A stretch of 64,000 bases of DNA. Source: Methanomethylovorans hollandica DSM 15978. Lineage in GTDB: Archaea > Halobacteriota > Methanosarcinia > Methanosarcinales > Methanosarcinaceae. This document shows, piece by piece, positions 10,671 through 20,999 of this stretch (the first letter of the stretch is position 1; the number at the start of each line of letters is the position of its first letter). The stretch spans positions 806,001 to 870,000 of the forward strand of contig NC_019977.1 in the NCBI RefSeq assembly GCF_000328665.1. Reading direction: 5' to 3'. A program made the translations under genes and the position numbers. Under the pieces are notes generated by a model. The model ran no database searches. It saw only the letters and a list, made by a program, of their open reading frames with translations, and was not told the origin of the DNA.

Positions 10671-12641
10671 ATGCATAACGGCATCATTTACGGCATTGAC
10701 ATTGCAAAAGGCTCTCCAAGGGCACAGGCGATCCCCAAGTATGCTGTGGCTATCCTTAAAGAAAACCAGATACAGCGCCACAGCATGGTCAGCAGAAACC
10801 ACATCCTTAAGATGGTGCAGGAGGACAAGCCTGATTATATCGCAGTGGATAACATATTTGAGCTTGCCCCTGATAAGGATGATCTCATCCGTTTTCTTGC
10901 TAAATTGCCGGAATCCACAAGGCTTATTCAGGTAACAGGGGGTCTGCATCAGCAGCCTCTCCTGAAACTGGCCCGGGAGCATGGTATTTCCATGAACCAG
11001 TTCAGCCCAGGTGATGAAGCTGAAGCATGTGCACGCCTTGCAGCTATGAGCGTCGGCTGTGAAGTTTCTTTATTTGAAGATGTCACAAAGATCAAAGTTA
11101 GCCGGGCCAGGTCACTGGGTAGAGGCGGGTGGAGCCAGAACAGATACAGGCGAAAGGTCCACGGTGCTGTCAAGGAGAAAAGCCGTCTGATAGAGCAGAT
11201 ACTGCGTAAGTTCTCGAAAGATAGAGGTACTACCTTCACTTCAAAATCCATAGAAGGTTTCGGTGGCTATGTGCGTACCGAGTTCATGGTCAATAGCAGC
11301 CGCGAGCAGATACCTGTGCATCCTTCCACTAATGCAGATGTACAGGTTACCATCCGTAGTATTGAAAGGGATAAGATCAAGTATATACCTCTTACACCAT
11401 CCAAGCGTAAATACACTATCGTTGGCATTGATCCTGGTACCACTGTAGGAATAGCCATTCTTTCTCTGGACGGTGATCTTCTTTTTTCCAATAGTTTCAG
11501 GGGTATTTCCCATGATCAGGTGGTCAAACTGATCTCAGACCACGGAAAACCTGTAATTGTTGCTACTGATGTATATCCTACGCCTGCAGCTGTGGAAAAG
11601 ATACGCCGTAGCTTTAAGGCAGTACTAGGTACTCCTGGCACTGAGCTGCGTGCAGAGGATAAGATCGCGATGGCAAGATCATTCGGCTATTCCAATGACC
11701 ACGAAAGGGACTCTCTGGCTGCTGCCATCAGTACCTATCGTAATTACAAGAACATATTCAGCAGAGTAGAGAAAAGAGCTCCCCGGTTTGCAGATGTGGG
11801 TCTGATAAAGTACCATGTAATCAATGGCTATTCCATAGAAGAGGCTATAGAGAAAGTAACTGCTGTTCGCGTTCCCGCCAGATCCGAAACCGCGTCTGCA
11901 ACAGGGGAAAGCATTGATGCCGATGAGCAGACAAAAAGGCTTCAGGAGCTTATAAGGCAGAAGAATAGCCTGATAAATGAGCTCAAGGAATATGTGAAGG
12001 ACTTAAAAGAAGCTAATTTGGAAAAGGATCGGCGTATAGCAGAAATGGAAGATCGTGTAAGCAAGCTGAAAAAGTCTGAATCTATGGAGCTGCGTAAACA
12101 AAAAGAGATCCGTATACGCGATACGGAAATCTCAAGGCTCAATACAGAACTCAGCAGGTCAAAGCAGGCTCTTCAGGACTCACGCCAGCACATAAAGAAA
12201 CTTAAGCAGATCCGCAAGAAAGAGATCAAAGGTGAGGGCTTGCCGGTAAAAGTGGTGTACGCATTTACAAAAGAGGCTATCCAGCAGACAATGGACACCT
12301 ATGGTATCAAAAAAGGTGATGTGGTATTGCTTGAAGACTCCAGCGGAGGTGCTGCCGGTACAGCAGCCATATTGGTGGAAGCAGGTATAAGGGCTGTGAT
12401 CATAAAAGATGATATTTCACATGCAGCTAGTGAAGCTTTTTTTCAGGGGAACGTGCCCCTTCTGCAAGATGTAGAAATTCAAAGGTTCGATGATTTTGCT
12501 ACTGTGGACCCTAAAGTTCTGGAACAGGCATTATCCGCATGGCAGGAAGATGCAAAGAAAAAGAGGCGTGAGCAGGAACATCAGCATCTGGCCTCTCTGC
12601 TTGAGGAATATCGTAGTGAACGACGGCGTGGTCTTGCCTGA
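10671..12641 (+). CDS. DUF460 domain protein (RNase H-like folds plus coiled coil)
   Basis: IYGIDI, GRGGWSQNRYRR, IVGIDPGTTVGIA, NDHERDSLAAA. Confidence 0.85.
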   Translation: MHNGIIYGIDIAKGSPRAQAIPKYAVAILKENQIQRHSMVSRNHILKMVQEDKPDYIAVDNIFELAPDKDDLIRFLAKLPESTRLIQVTGGLHQQPLLKLAREHGISMNQFSPGDEAEACARLAAMSVGCEVSLFEDVTKIKVSRARSLGRGGWSQNRYRRKVHGAVKEKSRLIEQILRKFSKDRGTTFTSKSIEGFGGYVRTEFMVNSSREQIPVHPSTNADVQVTIRSIERDKIKYIPLTPSKRKYTIVGIDPGTTVGIAILSLDGDLLFSNSFRGISHDQVVKLISDHGKPVIVATDVYPTPAAVEKIRRSFKAVLGTPGTELRAEDKIAMARSFGYSNDHERDSLAAAISTYRNYKNIFSRVEKRAPRFADVGLIKYHVINGYSIEEAIEKVTAVRVPARSETASATGESIDADEQTKRLQELIRQKNSLINELKEYVKDLKEANLEKDRRIAEMEDRVSKLKKSESMELRKQKEIRIRDTEISRLNTELSRSKQALQDSRQHIKKLKQIRKKEIKGEGLPVKVVYAFTKEAIQQTMDTYGIKKGDVVLLEDSSGGAAGTAAILVEAGIRAVIIKDDISHAASEAFFQGNVPLLQDVEIQRFDDFATVDPKVLEQALSAWQEDAKKKRREQEHQHLASLLEEYRSERRRGLA

Positions 12642-12644
12642 AAC

Positions 12645-13196
12645 TTAAGGCCATTTCCTGTCAAAGAAGATGTTCTTTCCCTTAACACTTAAAGGAATTA
12701 CCATGGCGATATCTGCCTTTATCATCTCTGCTGCAATGGCTGCAGTACCAGCACTGTAAAATATCCTGTTGTCAAGGCATAGATCTTTTGCCTTGGCTGC
12801 AGCACATCCCAGAGCTATTCCGAGGTCCATATATTTGATACTGCATTGAGGACCTTCAAAATCTGTTTTTACCTTCTGTGCTTCAAGCATCAGATCGCAT
12901 TCTTTATAGCCACATGCACCACAGTTGAGTCCCGCAACACCTGCATTCCTGAGACCTATGAGGACCACGGTATCTGCATCTCTTATATTCCTTGCATCCC
13001 TTTTGAAGAATGCGAAGCGTTCTCCTCTTTCATCTGCCATGCCTTCCATGACTCTGGCCAGTATTTCCTGTTCATCGCGCTCAAGTATGCCAGTTATAAG
13101 GTCATCCTTACCTTTGGCTTTTGGGGCTGTACGTGCTGCCACCAGTATCTCTCTGGCAAGGATATCGATGCACTGCAGTTCAGGATTCTCTATCAT
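12645..13196 (-). CDS. DUF2148 ferredoxin-domain-containing protein
   Basis: AARTAPKAKG, NCGACGYKEC, DLGIALG, DNRIFYSAG, KNIFFDR. Confidence 0.8.
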   Translation of the reverse strand: MIENPELQCIDILAREILVAARTAPKAKGKDDLITGILERDEQEILARVMEGMADERGERFAFFKRDARNIRDADTVVLIGLRNAGVAGLNCGACGYKECDLMLEAQKVKTDFEGPQCSIKYMDLGIALGCAAAKAKDLCLDNRIFYSAGTAAIAAEMIKADIAMVIPLSVKGKNIFFDRKWP

Positions 13197-13301
13197 GCCT
13201 TTAAGTAGGTAGAGATATATTTTAAGTATTACGAAGCTTAAAATCGATGATGAACAATACTGATTAAAATATCGATGTTGTATGTTGAACAGTGATATGA
13301 A

Positions 13302-13925
13302 ATGCAAAGGTCTGCACTGATACTGGCTGGTGGAAAGGGAACAAGGCTTAGAGAACAGGAGAAAGCTTTGCTTGTCTGTAAGGATAAGACCTTGCTGGAA
13401 AACGCTATATATGTTCTGGATCAGGTAGTAGATGAAGTTATTGTTTCAGTAAGGGATCATAAACAACAGGAAGCTTTCTCTGAATTTGTTCAAGGTATAA
13501 AGTTGCTATGTGACCAATATCAGAGTAAAGGTCCTCTTGCAGGAATGCTGGAAGGCATGAGGGCGGCGGCGGGTAATTATGTATTTGTAGTTGCATGTGA
13601 CATGCCTTTTCTTCAGCCGGATGTCATTGACCTTTTGTTTAAGGAGGCTGCCGGCCATGATGCAGCTATCCCTTTGTGGAAAGATGGCAGAAAAGAGCCT
13701 TTACATGCAGTTTATAATAGAGAACAGCTAATTCCTATTATAGAAAGGTCTATCCTCAAGGATGATCATCGGGTCATGAATGTAGTATCACAATTATATG
13801 ATGCCAGGTTCACAAGTGTGGATAGAATTCAGCTTATTGACAGGGAACTTGTATCCTTTGTCAATATTAATACTCCAGCTGATCTGGTACAGATCACTAA
13901 GAAGGGGGTTTACGATCATGGATAA
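13302..13925 (+). CDS. mobA: Molybdenum cofactor guanylyltransferase
   Basis: LILAGGKGTRL, GPLAG, VACDMPF, EPLHAVY, FVNINTPAD. Confidence 0.9.
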   Translation: MQRSALILAGGKGTRLREQEKALLVCKDKTLLENAIYVLDQVVDEVIVSVRDHKQQEAFSEFVQGIKLLCDQYQSKGPLAGMLEGMRAAAGNYVFVVACDMPFLQPDVIDLLFKEAAGHDAAIPLWKDGRKEPLHAVYNREQLIPIIERSILKDDHRVMNVVSQLYDARFTSVDRIQLIDRELVSFVNINTPADLVQITKKGVYDHG

Positions 13926-14433
13926 ATGTATGGTCATCGATAAGGCAATTAAAAGAATAGCAAATGATTATGATCTCACCACAGATACCGTTATGGACGC
14001 TATTGAAGGCTCCAGGTATCCTCTTGACTTTGATCGGATGGTAGAAGAGGGCAGTTTCTGTTTCAGAGGACCGGATGATGAATCTAAATCTGATAATGCT
14101 TCTATCTGCCTGGCTTCCAAGATACTTTCCAATAAAGGGGTGCAGGAGCATATCCTGCCTATCATATGCAGCAGGATAAGGGCATGGGACCATGAGAACA
14201 TTGAAGATCTGCTGAACTTGCTGAGAAAAGCAGTAAGTATAATGGAACTGAACCCCGAAGATCATCCGGCGATGGAAACTTGTGGTCTTGATATTGGTCA
14301 TCTGCCTTCTGAAGAGATCCCGGGAAACATACTGCCTGGTTACAGGATATGGTCAATGGATAAAAAAGGAATGTGTCTTGTAGGCAGTGATGCGAACCAA
14401 GTTATCACCATCGAACATGTTCCAAGAATATGA
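13918..14433 (+). CDS. Hypothetical protein (171 aa)
   Basis: ATG 13918 preceded by AAGGGGG and overlapping the mobA stop; no family recognised. Confidence 0.65.
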   Translation: MDKCMVIDKAIKRIANDYDLTTDTVMDAIEGSRYPLDFDRMVEEGSFCFRGPDDESKSDNASICLASKILSNKGVQEHILPIICSRIRAWDHENIEDLLNLLRKAVSIMELNPEDHPAMETCGLDIGHLPSEEIPGNILPGYRIWSMDKKGMCLVGSDANQVITIEHVPRI

Positions 14434-14455
14434 TCAGGGGATCTTATAAAGTATC

Positions 14456-15295
14456 TTATTTGTATTTACCTTTTATAGCATTTTTTGCATCTGAATAGCA
14501 TCTTTCCACTATCTCGGAAGTTCCAGGCACGGAGGTAATCTCCAGCCCAAATATTTCAGCAAATTTATTCATATTTTGCTCAAAGGAAGGGTCATATTCC
14601 ATATTCCTCTCTATTTTCACAATACGGCTTATATGATGCCGTTTAAATGAATCATGTACAGTTGTCATGTCCTCTTGTTTGTTGCCAGGAGCACCCATAT
14701 CTTTCCAGTTGGATGCCCACATGGGAGTAAAGAACAGTGTGCCTTTTCCTCTGCATGCTTTAAAAGCCTCTTCATATTTCCTGTTACCACCCAGAGCTAT
14801 GCTTATACAGTCATCCACTCTGTTGTTCTGCGCATCTCTCAGCAGATATATGGGGCATAAGATATGTGAAAGATCCTTCTCTATATTTTGCAGAGAATTA
14901 CCGCACAGGCCGTAGAACAGCAGAATACCATCCGAATATGCAGACATTTCTTCCAACGTTGTGTAGACTCCTCTGCGCAACAATGTAAGGTCTCTGTGCA
15001 GTCTAAGTTCAAGGATGTGTACAACTACTACCAGACCTTCTTCTGTTAGTTTTTTTTTACATATCCGTCGGATTATGTCATATTTGCCGGATCCTTTTGT
15101 TTGTCGGATCATATCCGCTATCTTTTCAGAAGGAACAGATGTATAAGGTATATCACCCTTTCTAAGGCGCCGGATAAGACCATGTGCTTCCTTTGTATCT
15201 GTAACGAACAGATAGTCAAAGGCATTTTCAGATGATATGACATGAAATATTTCGTCTTCAAGTATTCTGCAAGCTATTATTGACATAACTGGCAT
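14456..15295 (-). CDS. DUF1638 domain protein
   Basis: SIIACRILEDE, LELRLH, LFYGLCGN, VDDCI, FFTPMW motifs. Confidence 0.8.
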   Translation of the reverse strand: MPVMSIIACRILEDEIFHVISSENAFDYLFVTDTKEAHGLIRRLRKGDIPYTSVPSEKIADMIRQTKGSGKYDIIRRICKKKLTEEGLVVVVHILELRLHRDLTLLRRGVYTTLEEMSAYSDGILLFYGLCGNSLQNIEKDLSHILCPIYLLRDAQNNRVDDCISIALGGNRKYEEAFKACRGKGTLFFTPMWASNWKDMGAPGNKQEDMTTVHDSFKRHHISRIVKIERNMEYDPSFEQNMNKFAEIFGLEITSVPGTSEIVERCYSDAKNAIKGKYK

Positions 15296-15550
15296 GTAAT
15301 GTTCTCCGGACAAAAATTGGATAGTTTAGACATTTAACTCCGTGATAAGGATATATCAATAGTTTATTACTCTCTGATGGATACGAAAGATTGCTTTACT
15401 TATTGCAAACTACTTTAATTAATTTTTTAATATTGCACGCGGAAGATTCTATGAATGTATATATACAATAATTTTTCTGATACAAAGGGCGGTCCTAGAA
15501 GTCATTCGTGTCCTTAATTTATAAAAACACCGATCAAATTCTAATAGAGC

Positions 15551-16053
15551 ATGGATGATTATTGGTTCAAGGAGGGTTTCTTCAGTGAAGACCTGAAGAA
15601 AAGATAGCCTGTTATGACAGGATACTGGAATCAAATTCTCTGAAGCCACCTCTTCAAAACCATGATATGATATATCTTATATGGAGTAATAAGGGGATAG
15701 CTTATTACTATCTTGTTATGCATGACAAAGCCCTTGAGTGTTTTGACCAGGCTTTCCATTATAAGAAACTTGATGTGGATGTATGGTGCAATAAAGGCGC
15801 CGCTCTTTTTAACCCCTGAAGGTATTAAGAAGCCGTATTATGCTATGACAAAGTGCTGGAAACATATATCTCAAATGAGAATGCCGTGTTCAAGAAAGGT
15901 ATCGCCTATGCTACCCTCGGACAATTGGACGCGACTATTAACTGTTTTTTACGCGTTCTTGAAATTGACCCCGAACAGGACGGTGCCATCGAGGGCCTTA
16001 CGAGATCAACACGAAAAAAAAAGATCAGTGAAGGTCGAATTTCTCTCCAATGA
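15551..16053 (+). pseudogene. Frameshifted tetratricopeptide-repeat gene
   Basis: TPR segments in different frames: MDDYWFKEG / IACYDRILE...WSNKGIAYYYL..HDKALECFDQA...WCNKGAAL / EAVLCYDKVLE...KKGIAYATLGQ..FLRVLEIDP. Confidence 0.75.
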
Positions 16054-17266
16054 CCGGTGCATATGCCTGCACACCTATTTCTTCTTCTATCCAGGTAGCA
16101 AAGCCTTCAGTATTATCTCCATGCATGGTAAATACAGCTTTTGTACCCCTGTCACAGAAATCCTTCACAATTGCCTTAAGTTCTTTGTCCCCGGCGTGGG
16201 CTGAGAAATCATATTGTTCAAGCTTAAGCCTGAGCTGTTGCAATACCCCATTGTTCTCGATAATGCCGGTGTCCATGGCCATTCTGCCATTTGTCCCTTC
16301 CACCTGATAGCCCGTGAGCATCATCTTGGATTTCGGGTCATCATACAGTTTGTTCAGATAGTACATGGAAGGTCCTCCGTTAAGCATGCCCGAAGTAGTG
16401 ACAATCACAGAAGATTCCAATGGTACATCGTCCCGCCTGGAACTTTTTACAGATATTGCATTATCAAATGCCCTTTTCAGGTGAGTAGGATTGCGCAGAT
16501 ATGATGGGTGCTTCATCATTATTTCATATGCTTCCTTCCCCATACCATCTACATATGGTCTGATGCCATAAGCATCAAGCAACATCAGCAATTCCTGTGT
16601 CCTCCCAATGGCAAAAGCAGGGATTATCACATTGCCTCCTATATCCAGAGTACTTTTAAGGGATTCGATAAAAGTTTCTTCAGTTTCTTTTCTGGGTATA
16701 TGTTCTTTTGAAAAGTAAGTGCTTTCTATTGCCAGATAATCAGCATTAGGGAATTCCACTGCCCCTGATACAAGACGGGTGTCAGAAGTATTAATATCGC
16801 CTGTATATAGCAGACTTTCTCCACTCTTGGATGTTACATGCGTGCATGCCGCTCCCGGAATATGGCCGGCATCGTAGAACTCTACATTGTAACCATGTGT
16901 CTGGAATTTAATGCGGTAGTCTACAGTTTTTGTTTTGTACATAAATGTGTGGAGGTCACCAGCGTCATAGGGTGCGTTCACACCTGTGGATTCTGCGATC
17001 TTCAGGCTGTCTTTGAGCAGCAGATTTGCAAGGTCAGCCGTAGGTGGGGTCATAAATACTTCAGGTTCAATGTCCATAAGATTAGGTAAAAGTCCACTGT
17101 GGTCTATGTGACAGTGAGATAGTAACACGACCTCTGGTCTGACCCCATTAACGGGATATTCAGGTGGCTCTCCCATTTTGATCCCATAGTCAAGCATGAC
17201 ATTATCGTCAAGAAGTAAAGCTGATCGTCCGACTTCTCTGCAAGCTCCCAAGAACCTAAGTTTCAT
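16025..17266 (-). CDS. MBL-fold beta-CASP ribonuclease family protein
   Basis: FLGACREVGRS, HCHIDHSG, AGHIPG, YTGD, FAIGRTQE, FSAHAG. Confidence 0.9.
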   Translation of the reverse strand: MKLRFLGACREVGRSALLLDDNVMLDYGIKMGEPPEYPVNGVRPEVVLLSHCHIDHSGLLPNLMDIEPEVFMTPPTADLANLLLKDSLKIAESTGVNAPYDAGDLHTFMYKTKTVDYRIKFQTHGYNVEFYDAGHIPGAACTHVTSKSGESLLYTGDINTSDTRLVSGAVEFPNADYLAIESTYFSKEHIPRKETEETFIESLKSTLDIGGNVIIPAFAIGRTQELLMLLDAYGIRPYVDGMGKEAYEIMMKHPSYLRNPTHLKRAFDNAISVKSSRRDDVPLESSVIVTTSGMLNGGPSMYYLNKLYDDPKSKMMLTGYQVEGTNGRMAMDTGIIENNGVLQQLRLKLEQYDFSAHAGDKELKAIVKDFCDRGTKAVFTMHGDNTEGFATWIEEEIGVQAYAPVIGEKFDLH

Positions 17267-17280
17267 GATATCCACACCTT

Positions 17281-19542
17281 TCAAACAACGCTTTCCTGCC
17301 ATTCCCTTATTTTATTGATGGATATATTAGTAAGTTTTGCCAGCTCTTCTGCATCCCTACTTACCAGGTCTTCAAGCTTTGAAATACCTATATTGTCAAA
17401 TTTTTCGGCAGTGACTTTACCTATTCCTTTTATATCTGTTATCTTTTTTGTTCTTTTCCCCTGTTCCTCTGAAGGCTTGTCATCGACTGCCTTTTGTTCT
17501 TGTGTACCTTCTTCCTTTTCCTGCTGGGCTCGTTGCCATTCATTGAAGTTACAGTGTGGACATCCCAGATTCCAGGGTCTTTTTCCTTCTGTTATCACGC
17601 GGATGTGGTACAGACCATGCTCCTCGCATAGCTTGTCAGTGACCACTACATGTCCGCTCCTTGGCAAAGGCAGGGAGAAACTGCATTCCGGATAACCTTT
17701 ACAACCTATGAACCTGGACCCTTTCTTTGATCTCATTACCATAAGGACAGATCCACATTTTGAGCAGGTGCCTATCACTTTATCTTCCCTAAGTCCAGCC
17801 CTGAGGGATTCCGTAATGTTGTCTTTGTTTTTCTCAAGGTCATTGAACACAGAATTCAGCATTTCCCTGGACTCTTGAAGGACGTCTTCTTCAGGGATCT
17901 GGCCTTCTGCTATCCTGTCCATATCTGCTTCAAGCCTGCTGGTCATTTCAGGCTTGGATATAGTGGGAGCATACTTCTCCAAAGCTTCAACTACAGCATA
18001 TGCTGTTTTTGTAGGCTGTAAGGGATTTCCATGAACATATGCCCTGGAATATAATTTACTGATTATTTCGTGCCGGGTTGCTTTTGTACCCAGCCCCAAT
18101 TCCTCCATAGTACGGATGAGGCGTCCCTGACCATACCTTCCCGGAGGCTGGGTTTCCTTGTCCTGTACTTCAATTTCCCGGACTGTAAGTTCATCTCCTT
18201 CCTTCATGGCCGGAAGCAGCCTGTCCTCGGGTGCATTATATGGATAATACCATCTCCAGCCGGCTTCTACAAGCCTGGCTCCCGTTGCGCTGAATTCCTC
18301 GGAACTGACATCAAACTTCGCTTTGATGGTTTCCCATATCGCAGGCTCAGCAAACGTTGCAAAGAAACGCCTTACCACCATCTCATATATCTTCCATTCC
18401 TGCTCATTAAGTTCAGACTTCTTAGCAAGAGATGCAGGATATATTGGAGGATGGTCAGTTGTTTCTTTTTTACCCCTTGTGGGTTCCAGTGTTTCTTTTG
18501 CAAGCAGTTTTTCTGCATATTCCTTGAATGTACCTTTGGCAAATATCTCTATCATTTCCCTTAGGTCCAGGGTGGCCGGATATACGGTGTTGTCCGTCCT
18601 GGGGTATGATATGAAACCCTGTATGTACAGTGCTTCTGCAATACGCATGGCGCTGGCAGGAGTAAAGCCCAGGGAACTGGCTGCGGTGATGAACTCAGTG
18701 GTGTTGAATGGAATGGGTGGTTTATCTTTTTTAGTTGATGTAACTACCTCTTTGATGATGGCATTCTTCCCCAAATTTGAAACTAACTTATCTACTTCAT
18801 GCTTTTCCCAAAATCGCCTGTTTACATGCTGTACAGTGAACTCGATATCTTTTCGATCCTTAAGATGCGCGTACAATTCCCAGTATGGCTTGATCTCAAA
18901 GGCTTCTCTTTCTTTTTCCTTGTCAACTATCAGTGCTAATGTAGGGGATTGAACTCTACCCACAGAAAGGAACAATTTACCGAGTCTTCCTGCAGCAAGT
19001 GATATGAAACGTGTCAGGGAAGCTCCCCACACAAGATCGAGGACCTGTCTTGAATGACCTGCATCCGCAAGATTGAAATCAATATTCGATACATTCTCAA
19101 ATGCGTCTATGATCTCTTTAGGGGTAATGGCACTGTAATGTACCCTGTCAAATTGTACGTTTGGATTGATTTCCCTTATTATTTGCAGGGCTTCCACGCC
19201 AATTAGTTCTCCCTCACGATCATAGTCAGTTGCGATCGTAACTCTTGTTGCTTCTTTACCTAATTTCTTTAGTGCAGCTACTATTCGCGCTTCCGTGGAA
19301 ACGGTAATAACATCTGCATCTACCAGTTCCTTTGCTTCGACCTTCTGCCAGTTATTATAGGATCTGGGGAAATCCAGTTTCACGATATGCCCGCTTAAGC
19401 CAATGAATACTTTTTTTCCATCCTCGGCTTCGAACTGATATGTGTCCACTCCGTTAACCCGCACCTGACTGAGCTTCCCTGCAGAAAGGATGTTTGCTAT
19501 TCTCTTTGCTGCGATATGCTTTTCTGCTACGATGAGGTGCAT
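17281..19542 (-). CDS. topA: DNA topoisomerase IA with C-terminal Zn ribbons and HhH domain
   Basis: LIVAEK, ATDYDREGELIG, GRVQSPTL, ISYPRTD active Tyr, GTKATR; CSKC/CPHC; KGIGKVTAEK HhH. Confidence 0.96.
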   Translation of the reverse strand: MHLIVAEKHIAAKRIANILSAGKLSQVRVNGVDTYQFEAEDGKKVFIGLSGHIVKLDFPRSYNNWQKVEAKELVDADVITVSTEARIVAALKKLGKEATRVTIATDYDREGELIGVEALQIIREINPNVQFDRVHYSAITPKEIIDAFENVSNIDFNLADAGHSRQVLDLVWGASLTRFISLAAGRLGKLFLSVGRVQSPTLALIVDKEKEREAFEIKPYWELYAHLKDRKDIEFTVQHVNRRFWEKHEVDKLVSNLGKNAIIKEVVTSTKKDKPPIPFNTTEFITAASSLGFTPASAMRIAEALYIQGFISYPRTDNTVYPATLDLREMIEIFAKGTFKEYAEKLLAKETLEPTRGKKETTDHPPIYPASLAKKSELNEQEWKIYEMVVRRFFATFAEPAIWETIKAKFDVSSEEFSATGARLVEAGWRWYYPYNAPEDRLLPAMKEGDELTVREIEVQDKETQPPGRYGQGRLIRTMEELGLGTKATRHEIISKLYSRAYVHGNPLQPTKTAYAVVEALEKYAPTISKPEMTSRLEADMDRIAEGQIPEEDVLQESREMLNSVFNDLEKNKDNITESLRAGLREDKVIGTCSKCGSVLMVMRSKKGSRFIGCKGYPECSFSLPLPRSGHVVVTDKLCEEHGLYHIRVITEGKRPWNLGCPHCNFNEWQRAQQEKEEGTQEQKAVDDKPSEEQGKRTKKITDIKGIGKVTAEKFDNIGISKLEDLVSRDAEELAKLTNISINKIREWQESVV

Positions 19543-19766
19543 TCTATCTCCATTTTGAATATTTTGTCCCACCCATCTCACCTTTTTATGGAACGAATTT
19601 ATATACATTTTAGTTTAAACTAATATTTGGTTATCTTAAAAGCATCCCTGTAAATATATCTATCGCAGACATAAAGTATGGAATGCTTCTTTGATCTCTT
19701 TACTATCAGCTACTTTCTATGCTGCAGAGATCAGAATGAAATGCAGATATCCGGATCATGTTAAAA

Positions 19767-19792
19767 ATCCCCTGTACTTCTGTACAGGGGAT
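19767..19792 (-). terminator. Hairpin followed by T-run on the minus strand
   Basis: ATCCCCTGTAC-ttct-GTACAGGGGAT perfect 11-bp stem; minus strand continues TTTTAA. Confidence 0.55.
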
Positions 19793-19800
19793 CAGATGTC

Positions 19801-20099
19801 TCAATTACGTTGCTATAGGCAGTATCGCCTGATCATGTTACATCATATACTATTGAGGTTTTAGTCACCCTTCCCATTTACAGTGGTTTTGTATCATCAG
19901 TGATATCCAGGAAGACAAGGTCTTTTCCCTGTCCGAGATATGCATAATTACCAGCTACAGCAATGTGATAGTTGTTTCCGCCAAGATGGCTTATAAGTTC
20001 CACATTAGCTCCCAGGGCAGGACAGATCCCGACTATGATCGGTGCAATCATCAATATTTTACCTACTTGGATCGCTTCTAACTTGATTCTCGTTTACAT
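19801..20099 (-). pseudogene. Remnant of LVIVD-repeat surface protein gene
   Basis: Own translation M*TRIK...ALGANVELISHLGGNNYHIAVAGNYAYLGQGKDLVFLDITDDTKPL*MGRVTKTSIVYDVT*SGDTAY; three stops. Confidence 0.75.
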
Positions 20100-20284
20100 C
20101 ACCCGTTCCATAAATCAGATATGCCTGTGAAAAAGGGCATCGGTATGCCTCAAGTAGCTAAACAAATCTAAGGGTTTTGTGGGTTTTTTGTGACAAAAAT
20201 CCTGCCATTCCCATCCTATGGAATGGATTTATCAAGCAGAAGTTACAGATTTGAAGCACTGGTTTCAAATCAAGGATCAATACC

Positions 20285-20950
20285 ATGAAGATAATTGCAA
20301 TAGTATCAAGCCCCAGAGGCAAGAATAGTAATACGTTGAAGCTTTTGAATGCGGCCCTGGAAGGAGTTGCAGCGGCGGGAGCAGAGGCTGAGGTAATCGA
20401 TATTGCTAAATTGAAGATCAAGTATTGTACAGCGTGCGATGTCTGCCATAAAACCGGAGTATGTCCCATCAAAGATGACTTTAACGGCGTACTGGAAAAA
20501 CTGCTGGTTGCAGATGGTATTATCTGGAGCAGTCCTAATTATATAACCAATGTAAGTGCACAGCTTAAAACGTTTTTCGACAGGACTCCTCGCGTCATTC
20601 ATGAGCACCTCTTTGAAGGCAAGTATGCTTTTTCTTTAACAACCGCAGGCAGCCAAGATGTGGATTTTGTACTTGATATCATGAACAACTTCATGAAGAT
20701 GTGCGGGGGTAAGGTGATCGGAGGTGCGGGTTGTATAATGGCTCAGGGTCCCATGGACATGGAAGCTGCTATAAGCAAATCTTATGAGCTGGGCACCCAT
20801 CTGGTTGAAGCTATACGCGAGAAAAGCAAATATCCCGATCAAGAAGCTCTCCATCATGCATGGAAAGATAGTTTCAGGCATGCCATCATTGCCAACAAAG
20901 AGGAGTGGCCGCATAACGTGGACCACTGGATCTCAAAGGGCTGGCTGTAA
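20285..20950 (+). CDS. Iron-sulfur flavoprotein (Isf / flavodoxin family)
   Basis: SSPRGKNSNT, CTACDVCHKTGVC (CX2CX2CX5C), SPNY, AQLKTFFDR. Confidence 0.88.
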   Translation: MKIIAIVSSPRGKNSNTLKLLNAALEGVAAAGAEAEVIDIAKLKIKYCTACDVCHKTGVCPIKDDFNGVLEKLLVADGIIWSSPNYITNVSAQLKTFFDRTPRVIHEHLFEGKYAFSLTTAGSQDVDFVLDIMNNFMKMCGGKVIGGAGCIMAQGPMDMEAAISKSYELGTHLVEAIREKSKYPDQEALHHAWKDSFRHAIIANKEEWPHNVDHWISKGWL

Positions 20951-20999
20951 GCATATGTGGATGTAAGCATAATGAGTATAATGTGAGTGGGGTGATCAC

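Noticed and set aside
13247..13320. ATGATGA...CTGA resembling a C/D box sRNA
   Set aside because: Only 6 nt between C and D' boxes, no clear C' box, and it overlaps a divergent promoter and the mobA start
15050..15058. A9 homopolymer in the DUF1638 coding strand as a phase-variation tract
   Set aside because: Frame is intact (Lys run) and such runs are common at this AT content
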